DNA of 44,005 bases. Origin: Candidatus Limnocylindrales bacterium. GTDB taxonomy: Bacteria; Chloroflexota; Limnocylindria; Limnocylindrales; CSP1-4. A program made the position numbers and the translations under genes. Of this stretch, positions 33,724-40,473 are shown in pieces (within the stretch, counting starts at the first letter, position 1; every line of letters begins with the position of its first letter). The stretch is taken from NCBI GenBank assembly GCA_038211705.1, contig JBBQVJ010000002.1:1-44005 (forward strand), given 5' to 3'. The notes under the pieces were generated by a model, which saw only the letters and a list, made by a program, of their open reading frames with translations, did not search any database and was not told the origin of the DNA.

Positions 33724-34818
33724 ATGTCCACCACGGTTGCGGCGCCGATCGAACCGGCCGATTCGGAGGGTCGTGCCTCGGCCCAGGCCGCCGGTCTGCG
33801 CTACTCGAGTGACGCCCGCCCGGGCCTGCCCCGGCGTCGAGCCGGCCGAGGCTTCAGCTACCTCCGGCCGAACGGCGAGCGCGTCACGGATCCCGCCACG
33901 CTGACCCGGATCCGGGCGCTGGCCATCCCGCCGGCCTGGACCGATGTGTGGATCTGCCTCGATCCGGCCGGCCACCTCCAGGCGACCGGTCACGATGCGC
34001 GGGGCCGCAAGCAGTACCGCTACCACGAGCGCTGGCGGACCGGCCGGGACGACGCGAAGTTCGAGCGACTGATCGACTTCGCCCGGGTCCTGCCGCGTAT
34101 CCGCCGCCGCTGTGACCGCGATCTGTCCAGACCCGGTCTGTCGCGCGAGAAGGTCCTGGCCGCGGTCGTCCGGCTCCTCGAGACGACGCTCATCCGGGTC
34201 GGCAACGACGAATACGCGCGGCTCAACCGGTCGTTCGGGCTGACGACGCTCAAGACCCGGCACGCCAAGGTGAGCGGCACGCGTGTCCGCTTCCGGTTCC
34301 GCGGCAAGTCCGGACGCCAGCATGAGGTCGGGATCCGCGACCGCCGGTTGGCGATGGTCGTCCGCCGTTGTCAGGACCTGCCCGGCCAGGAGCTCTTCCA
34401 ATGGGTCGGCGATGACGGTGAGGCACGCGACGTCGCCTCCGACGATGTCAACGCCTATCTGCGCGAGATCTCACGAGCCGACGTCACGGCCAAGGACTTC
34501 CGGACCTGGGCGGGGACCGTCCTCGCCTACCGCGCGCTCCGGGCGCTGGCGCCCGGGACCGACGAGCGGAGCGCACGCAAGAACGTCGTCGAAGCGGTCC
34601 GCTTCACCTCCGACCGACTGGGCAATACGCCCGCCGTCGCGCGGCGGAGCTACGTCCATCCGGCCATCCTTGAGGCGTACCTCGAGGGATCGATCGGTGG
34701 CGCGCTGCTCGAGGCCGCCGAGGAGCAGGAGGAGCCGCCGTCGGCGCCCGACCGCCGCGAGGAGGCCGAGGTCGTGGCACTCCTGCGCAAACGGCTGAAG
34801 ACGACGAAACGCCGGTAG
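33724..34818 (+). CDS. DNA topoisomerase IB (bacterial, poxvirus-like type)
   Basis: ORF 33250..34818 trimmed to ATG 33724. IPPAWTDVWI, GRKQYRYH, FRFRGKSG, TAKDFRTWAGT and the catalytic-Tyr context ARRSYVHP. Confidence 0.85.
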   Translation: MSTTVAAPIEPADSEGRASAQAAGLRYSSDARPGLPRRRAGRGFSYLRPNGERVTDPATLTRIRALAIPPAWTDVWICLDPAGHLQATGHDARGRKQYRYHERWRTGRDDAKFERLIDFARVLPRIRRRCDRDLSRPGLSREKVLAAVVRLLETTLIRVGNDEYARLNRSFGLTTLKTRHAKVSGTRVRFRFRGKSGRQHEVGIRDRRLAMVVRRCQDLPGQELFQWVGDDGEARDVASDDVNAYLREISRADVTAKDFRTWAGTVLAYRALRALAPGTDERSARKNVVEAVRFTSDRLGNTPAVARRSYVHPAILEAYLEGSIGGALLEAAEEQEEPPSAPDRREEAEVVALLRKRLKTTKRR

Positions 34819-34819
34819 G

Positions 34820-35641
34820 CTACCGGCCCGCCTGTGCCAGTGAGAAGCCGTATTCCGCGCCCGACCGCTCGGCCGGTCGGGCCCACATCCGGCCGCCCAT
34901 CGCCTTGACCAGGCGATCGGCGACGTAGAGCCCGATCCCCGCGCCGGCTCGGGCGGCGGCCGTCGACCGGGTGCCGGACAAGAGCGTGAACGGCTGATCG
35001 TCTGGCGCCGGCGGCTCGCCGCGGTCGATGACCCGGACGGTGACGTCGTCGCCGGCGGACCCCAGGACGACCTCGATCGGGCCGTCCCCGCCATAGCGGA
35101 TGGCGTTGTCGAGCAGGTTACGGATGACGTGGCTGACCATGACCTCGTCGGCACGATCGGCGGCTGCGTCGCGGTCGCCCGACAGGAGGATGCGGGCCTC
35201 GGGATGGCGCATGGCCTCGCGCCCGACCGCGGCCGCGACCAGCCGTCCGACCGCGACCGGCTCGCCCAGCGGCCGGATCCCGTCGCGCTCCGAGTGGACC
35301 AGGATGACCAGGTCCTCGACCAGCCGATAGAGCCGCTCCGCCTCGGCGCTGACATCGGCCGCAAGCGAGCGCCGGTGGTCGGGGGTGAGGTCGTTGGCGG
35401 CCAGCACCCGGGCGCCGCCGTAGATCGTCGTCACCGGCGTCCGCAGCTCGTGGGACAGGACCTCCAGGAAGGCCTCGCGGTCGGCGGCGGCTACCAGGGC
35501 AGGATCGACCTCGGCCACTTCCGCGGCGGCAGGGCGTTCGTGTCGCTTGTTGGCCATCGATTCGCTCGGCATGATGTGCCAATGCTGGCGCACCCGGGGG
35601 TCCCGGGCCGTCAGCGACCACGGGTAGCGCATTACGGTCAC
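34820..35641 (-). CDS. Sensor-less cytoplasmic histidine kinase (HisKA + HATPase only)
   Basis: H-box FLEVLSHELRTPVTTIYGGARVL, N-box VIRNLLDNAIRYG, G2 GAGIGLYV. Start ambiguous: 35641, 35572 or 35557. Confidence 0.8.
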   Translation of the reverse strand: MTVMRYPWSLTARDPRVRQHWHIMPSESMANKRHERPAAAEVAEVDPALVAAADREAFLEVLSHELRTPVTTIYGGARVLAANDLTPDHRRSLAADVSAEAERLYRLVEDLVILVHSERDGIRPLGEPVAVGRLVAAAVGREAMRHPEARILLSGDRDAAADRADEVMVSHVIRNLLDNAIRYGGDGPIEVVLGSAGDDVTVRVIDRGEPPAPDDQPFTLLSGTRSTAAARAGAGIGLYVADRLVKAMGGRMWARPAERSGAEYGFSLAQAGR

Positions 35642-35708
35642 GTCGCGTCGAGCGTGGGTGGCACCCGCCGGGGGTGCCTTCTTTTCATGTGGGCGGGCGA
35701 TCGGGCCG

Positions 35709-36965
35709 TCAGTCGTCCACCGGCTCGTCCATCGTCGGCAGAGTCACGATGACCGTCGTACCGCGGTCGGGACCATCCGAGGTCACCACGATCGTCCCGC
35801 CGTGAGCGTCGACGATGCCGCGACAGGCGTAGAGGCCGAGCCCCAGCCCGGCGGCGCCGCTCTGGCGCGCTCGATCCGTGCGAGCAAACCGCTCGAAAAC
35901 GCGGTCGAGCTCGTCGGCAGCCATGCCGATGCCGCGATCCCGGACCGCCAGCCGGGCGGTGGGACCATCACCGGCGCCGACCATCACCTCGACGGGCGAG
36001 TCCACGGGGGAGTACTTGAGGGAATTACCGACCAGGTTCGCCACCAGCCGGCGTAGCAGGCTCGGATCCCAGAGCCCGATCAGATGGGCGCCCCCAGCCC
36101 CGTCGACCTCCAGCCGGACCCGCTGCCGGCCGTCCGGTCCAAGGGCGCCGATCGCCTCGCGGACGACATGCTCGAGGCTGACCGGCTCGGGGTCGGCGGT
36201 GAGCGCGCCCATGGCCACCCGCGAGGCATCGCTGAGCGTGTCGATCATGATCACCAGCTCGGTGGTGGCCAGCAGGGCATCGTGGACGACCTCGGCGACG
36301 CGCTCTGCGTCGGGCGGCGTCTCCGTCAGCCAGCGATCGGCGAGGTGGAGCGATCCCTCGACCAACGTCATCGGTTGCCGAACGTCGTGGAGGGTGGTCG
36401 CCAGGAACGACTCGCGGAGCGTCTCGATACGGTCGGACAGCGCCGTCAGACCGACGGCCGCGGCGCCGTCGAGGGCGTCGCCGATGAGTGTGATGCCGGC
36501 GACCGCGTCACCTGTGTCCATCTCGGCGGCGAGTTCGGTGGCCATGGCCCTGCCGATCTCCTGGCGCAGGATGCGGAACTCCGTGACCACCGCCACCGGA
36601 CCGAGCCCCTGCTCGAATCGGACCTGGGCATGCGCGGTGGCCGCCGCCGCGACAGCGTCGTCATCGAGTGGGGCCGTCGGCGCCTCGTCGCGAAGGTCGG
36701 GCCGGCGCAGGACCGCCACCACGGCATCGAACAACTCGGGGATGTGGTCCGACACGGAATGATCGGGTCGCTCGCGATGGAATGGCTGGCGGCTGGCCAC
36801 GCCGACCCAGCGTTCGAGGATGCCGGTGCGCTGGGCAGCCAGGGCATCGGCGACGGGCCCCAGGTCGGCGTTCCGGACGATGACATCGACGCGACTGTCG
36901 ATATCGGCCGAGGCACGGTCGTCGCCCGAGAGCGGCGCGTCATGGGCGTGGTCCGTTTGCTGCAT
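35709..36965 (-). CDS. Histidine kinase with an N-terminal helical sensor domain (RsbRD_N-like, tentative)
   Basis: ORF 35709..37205 trimmed to ATG 36965, because the upstream part overlaps the neighbouring gene. H-box LATTLHDVRQPMT, N-box NLVGNSLKYS, G-boxes DRGIGM and GLGLGLY. Confidence 0.8.
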   Translation of the reverse strand: MQQTDHAHDAPLSGDDRASADIDSRVDVIVRNADLGPVADALAAQRTGILERWVGVASRQPFHRERPDHSVSDHIPELFDAVVAVLRRPDLRDEAPTAPLDDDAVAAAATAHAQVRFEQGLGPVAVVTEFRILRQEIGRAMATELAAEMDTGDAVAGITLIGDALDGAAAVGLTALSDRIETLRESFLATTLHDVRQPMTLVEGSLHLADRWLTETPPDAERVAEVVHDALLATTELVIMIDTLSDASRVAMGALTADPEPVSLEHVVREAIGALGPDGRQRVRLEVDGAGGAHLIGLWDPSLLRRLVANLVGNSLKYSPVDSPVEVMVGAGDGPTARLAVRDRGIGMAADELDRVFERFARTDRARQSGAAGLGLGLYACRGIVDAHGGTIVVTSDGPDRGTTVIVTLPTMDEPVDD

Positions 36966-36994
36966 GTCGGGGCGAGGATACCCCGGGATGCAAT

Positions 36995-37018
36995 AAGCCC
37001 CCGGTCTCCCGAGGGCTT
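36995..37018 (-). terminator. Hairpin after the hydrophilic repeat-protein gene
   Basis: Stem AAGCCC / GGGCTT with a 12-nt loop, about 25 nt after the stop at 37042. Minus-strand tail is ATTGC (weak). Confidence 0.35.
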
Positions 37019-37041
37019 TCTTGCATTGGAAGAGGGAGCGA

Positions 37042-37305
37042 CTAGCGGCGCAGCTCGTCGCCGGCATTGCCGACCTTGTCGGCCAAGCTCTCGTCGCCGT
37101 CGGCCTTGCGCGAGGCATCCTTGCTCGTGTCGGTCGCGTTGTCGGCGCCCGTCTTGAGATCGTCACCCGCGTTGCCGAGATCCTTGCGGACCTCATCACC
37201 GACATTGCCGACCTTGTCGGCCAGGCTCTCGTCGCCGTCGGCCTTACGCCAGGTCTCCTTGGTGTTCTGCTCGCCTTCGCGATAGGTCTTCTTCGCGTCG
37301 TCCAT
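37042..37305 (-). CDS. Small hydrophilic stress-type repeat protein (CsbD/LEA-like character, family not certain)
   Basis: 87 aa, no hydrophobic core. Duplicated block RKADGDESLADKVGN(V/A)GDE(V/L)R. GGAGG upstream of ATG 37305. Confidence 0.6.
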   Translation of the reverse strand: MDDAKKTYREGEQNTKETWRKADGDESLADKVGNVGDEVRKDLGNAGDDLKTGADNATDTSKDASRKADGDESLADKVGNAGDELRR

Positions 37306-37329
37306 GGTTCTGGAACCTCCGTTCAGCGA

Positions 37330-37345
37330 TCGCTCGATCGAGCGA
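37330..37345. promoter_or_regulatory. Perfect 16-bp palindrome TCGCTCGATCGAGCGA, 25 nt upstream of the repeat-protein start codon
   Basis: Read directly. Could be a 5'-UTR hairpin, an operator, or the terminator of the upstream gene (stop 37409). Confidence 0.3.
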
Positions 37346-37408
37346 CGGTGACCCCATCGTGGATGGCCTGGCGTCGCAGTGAATCGCGCGCCGACCCGCC
37401 TGTCAGTA

Positions 37409-37798
37409 TCAACCGCCTTGCAGGGTCCGCGTGCCGGGGCGGCGGGTTCGGCTGGAACGGTCGAGCAGGGTGATGCCCATCGCCGCCGCCGGCACGAGGG
37501 CGCCCGCCACGAAGAGGCGACCGCCGCCGCCGACGAGAAGGCCGAGCGCGAACCCGAACGACAGGACGGTGCCCATCGTCAGCATCTCATCGCTGCCGGC
37601 CCGCATCTGGCGGTTGGCGTCCTCGATCGCGGAGCGCGTCGTCGCGGCGACCTCGGGGAGCTTCGAGACCGCGTCACCGGCGGCGACCCGGACGGTGCCG
37701 GCCGCGTCGGAGACGGCGCCACCGATCGCCGCGCTACGGCTGGTGTCATCGGTCGGGCTGGTCGTGTTCGGAGTTCCGTCGTCCGTTCGGGTGGCCAT
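37409..37798 (-). CDS. Hypothetical membrane protein (hydrophilic N-terminus, two C-terminal TM helices)
   Basis: 129 aa. GGAGA upstream of ATG 37798. C-terminal MLTMGTVLSFGFALGLLVGGGG and LFVAGALVPAAAMGITLL. Confidence 0.55.
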   Translation of the reverse strand: MATRTDDGTPNTTSPTDDTSRSAAIGGAVSDAAGTVRVAAGDAVSKLPEVAATTRSAIEDANRQMRAGSDEMLTMGTVLSFGFALGLLVGGGGRLFVAGALVPAAAMGITLLDRSSRTRRPGTRTLQGG

Positions 37799-38169
37799 CG
37801 TGGTATCTCCTTCGGTGCGTTCCGTGGCGGTCAGATCGCGCTGCCAGAAATGGCAACGGACGACCCAGGGAGGGGGCCCGGGTCGTCCGTGCGAGTCCTG
37901 GATGACGCCCCGTCACTGGCGATTCCAGGGTCGATATCAGCAAATTCCGTTCGGTCGTAGCGTATTGCCGCCCTCCGTACAACCTCCACTCCGACGACGG
38001 TCGCCCGCATTGCAATCGCATATCGGTCTGACGAAGTGGGAGCGTCGGCCCCCGGACCCCCAGTGGCACGAGAGCCGACTAGGCCTAGCATGCCCGGGGT
38101 CGAGTGCCGGGAAGACCGGACGCTTCCGGGCGATGTGTTGCAGGGGCGTGGCGACTTAGTGAACATCAC

Positions 38170-38634
38170 TTAGCCGTCGGTCTTCGACGCCACCGTGCCG
38201 CGCCATGCGCCGGTCTCGCTGCCCCGCGCCTCGATGAACGTCTTGAACCGTTCCATGTCGCCCTTCGCCTGCCGCGCGACGAAGCCGAGCGCATCGCCGA
38301 CCTTCTCGACGGGCCCCTCGGGCTCGACATCGAGCTGGAGGGCGACCCGGGTCTTGTCATCCGAGAGGCGGTGGAAGGTCACGACGCCGGCATTCTGGGC
38401 CCCCTCGACGGCCCGCCAGGCGATCCGCTGGTCGGGGTCCTGCTCGGCGATCTCGGCGACCCATTCCTTCTGGATCCCACGGACCTTCGCCTTCCAGCGG
38501 AGATGGGTGTCGTCGATCTGCTCGACCTGCTCGACGCTCTCCATGAACAGCGGGAATTCCTCGAACTGGGTCCACTGGTCATAGGCCGTCCGGACCGGGA
38601 CGTCGACATCGATCGTTTCGATGATCTGCGACAT
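38170..38634 (-). CDS. SRPBCC family protein (cyclase/dehydrase, Polyketide_cyc2)
   Basis: 154 aa. MSQIIETIDVDVPVRTAYDQWTQFEEFPLFMESV... AAGGAGG upstream of the ATG. Confidence 0.85.
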   Translation of the reverse strand: MSQIIETIDVDVPVRTAYDQWTQFEEFPLFMESVEQVEQIDDTHLRWKAKVRGIQKEWVAEIAEQDPDQRIAWRAVEGAQNAGVVTFHRLSDDKTRVALQLDVEPEGPVEKVGDALGFVARQAKGDMERFKTFIEARGSETGAWRGTVASKTDG

Positions 38635-38658
38635 GTATTGCCTCCTTGCCTGAAATGA

Positions 38659-38688
38659 AGGACGCCCACCGCACTGGGTGGGCGTCCT
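38659..38688 (-). terminator. Intrinsic terminator after the GlsB/YeaQ-family gene
   Basis: 12-bp stem AGGACGCCCACC / GGTGGGCGTCCT with a 6-nt loop. On the minus strand it is followed by TCATTTC, and it lies just upstream of the SRPBCC RBS. Confidence 0.6.
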
Positions 38689-38744
38689 GGTGATTCGTCG
38701 GTCCCGAGGGGCGGGACCGGGCTTCTGGGCCGCCCGGCGTTGGG

Positions 38745-39023
38745 TCAGACGGAGCGTCCCATGCCCCGGCGGCCGGTCACGGCGCCGACGACGAGGACCA
38801 CGATGACCGCACCGATCACCGCTGCGACGATCGAGCTGATGTCGAATGGGCCGTCGATCGGCTTGGTGTTGAGCAGGACACTGGCCAGGAAGCCGCCGAC
38901 GAGCGCGCCGACGATGCCGAGCACGATGTGTCCGATGATGCCGAGACCCTCGTCACCCTTCACGAGGAAACCGGCGAGGTACCCGGCGATCGCACCGAGG
39001 ATCAGCCACGCGATGATGCTCAT
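38745..39023 (-). CDS. GlsB/YeaQ/YmgE (transglycosylase-associated) family stress membrane protein
   Basis: 92 aa. MSIIAWLILGAIAGYLAGFLVKG...GIIGHIVLGIVGALVGGFL. Confidence 0.9.
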   Translation of the reverse strand: MSIIAWLILGAIAGYLAGFLVKGDEGLGIIGHIVLGIVGALVGGFLASVLLNTKPIDGPFDISSIVAAVIGAVIVVLVVGAVTGRRGMGRSV

Positions 39024-39274
39024 CTAGTTCCTCCATCCCCAATGCGGGCATCTCACCCGCCTGCTGGGGTTCCTTCATGCATCCCGAAGCCCGGGATCCG
39101 CCCCCAATGTCGTCGGGCCGATGGCTCGGAAGGACTACGTCGGCGTGGCCAGACGTAACAACGGAATGTCAGCGCGTGGCGGCGACGCACGGTGCTGGAC
39201 GGCGTCGGTGCGCTGATATCCAGATGCGATGCGCACGTCGGTCGTGTGCGCACGCGCGGGATGCGGAGCGCTCG

Positions 39275-40462
39275 ATGCTGCTCTCCGACAAACCCATCGG
39301 GGACCTGCGGAGGCCAGACATCGATGCTCCACGAGATTTCGTCGATACCCCAGCCGGGGGGACTCGAAACCCCGGCGGCCGACCACGATCGCTCCATGGA
39401 CGTGCTCCAATACGCCACGGCGTTCTTCGCGATCCTGGTCGCGGCCCTGCTCGCGGTCATCCACTGATCCCCACTACCGGCCCGACCGACGGCGGTCTGC
39501 GCGTCCGGCTGTACGACGCCGATGGCCGCGATCGCGAGGTCGAGCTGCAGCCGGGCATGGCCACGAAGCTGGCCGATCGCCAATTGCTCTGGATCGACGT
39601 AGACGGACGAACGTCCGACCTGGACAACGTCGCCGAGGCGGTCGGGATCGATCGCCGGTTGGCGGAGCGTCTCGCGACAGAGGCAAAACGAGCCGACCTG
39701 ACCCAGTACGAGGACCACATCCATCTCGTCATCCAGGCGATGGAGCCACCCGACGAGGGCGATGCGGAGGGCTCCGATCCGGTCCGGCGAGCGCTCGATC
39801 TCGTGGCCGGTCGCAATTGGGTCGTGACGGTCCATGACGGCCCGCTCAAGGCGCTCGAACGCCGCGATGCCCTCACCGAGGGCGAGACGCGCCTGGGCGC
39901 GCTCGATGCCGCCGGGTTCGTAGCGGGGATCGCCGACGAAGTCCTGGCCGACTACTTCGATCTGGCCGAGGCGATCGAGCGCGAGATCGACCACCTCGAC
40001 GAGCGGGCGCTCAAGAGCCCGCGCAACGACGTCCTCACCCAAGTCGTTGACCTTCGCCGGCGGATCGGCCTGATCCGCCGCACGCTGGCGCCTCATCGCC
40101 TCGCCTTCGCCCCCCTCGGCCGGCCCGAGTTGGAGCTCCACGACGAGGTGGGACGGCCCTGGCCCGGTCTGATCGATCGCCTGGAGCGGGCCATCGACGC
40201 CGTGGAGAATCTGCGCGACCTGCTCCTGGGCACATTCGACATCCACATGGGCCGGGCCGCCCAGGACGCCAACGAGGTCATGAAGGTCCTCACCCTCCTG
40301 TCGGCCGTGCTGCTGCCGTCGGTGGTCCTGGCCGGCGTGATGGGCATGAACTTCAAGCTGCCGTTCTTCGACGAGGGCGGCAACTTCTGGATCGTCGTCG
40401 CGGCGATGGTCGCCTTTGGCGTGTCGATGGTCATCGCCGCCCGCTGGCGGCACTGGATCTAG
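39275..40462 (+). CDS. corA: CorA-family magnesium/cobalt transporter (start uncertain)
   Basis: C-terminal GVMGMNF (GMN motif) and two TM helices. The conserved body starts near LRVRLYDADG (about 39500). The only canonical in-frame starts are at or before 39275, which gives an odd Arg/Pro/Gly-rich 75-aa extension. Confidence 0.8.
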   Translation: MLLSDKPIGDLRRPDIDAPRDFVDTPAGGTRNPGGRPRSLHGRAPIRHGVLRDPGRGPARGHPLIPTTGPTDGGLRVRLYDADGRDREVELQPGMATKLADRQLLWIDVDGRTSDLDNVAEAVGIDRRLAERLATEAKRADLTQYEDHIHLVIQAMEPPDEGDAEGSDPVRRALDLVAGRNWVVTVHDGPLKALERRDALTEGETRLGALDAAGFVAGIADEVLADYFDLAEAIEREIDHLDERALKSPRNDVLTQVVDLRRRIGLIRRTLAPHRLAFAPLGRPELELHDEVGRPWPGLIDRLERAIDAVENLRDLLLGTFDIHMGRAAQDANEVMKVLTLLSAVLLPSVVLAGVMGMNFKLPFFDEGGNFWIVVAAMVAFGVSMVIAARWRHWI

Positions 40463-40473
40463 GCCTGCTCGGC

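Noticed and set aside
39396-39467. The 23-aa hydrophobic ORF could be a KdpF-like subunit.
   Set aside because: No kdpABC genes follow, there is no convincing SD, and it overlaps the only canonical CorA reading frame. It is kept only as a leader-peptide hypothesis under findings.
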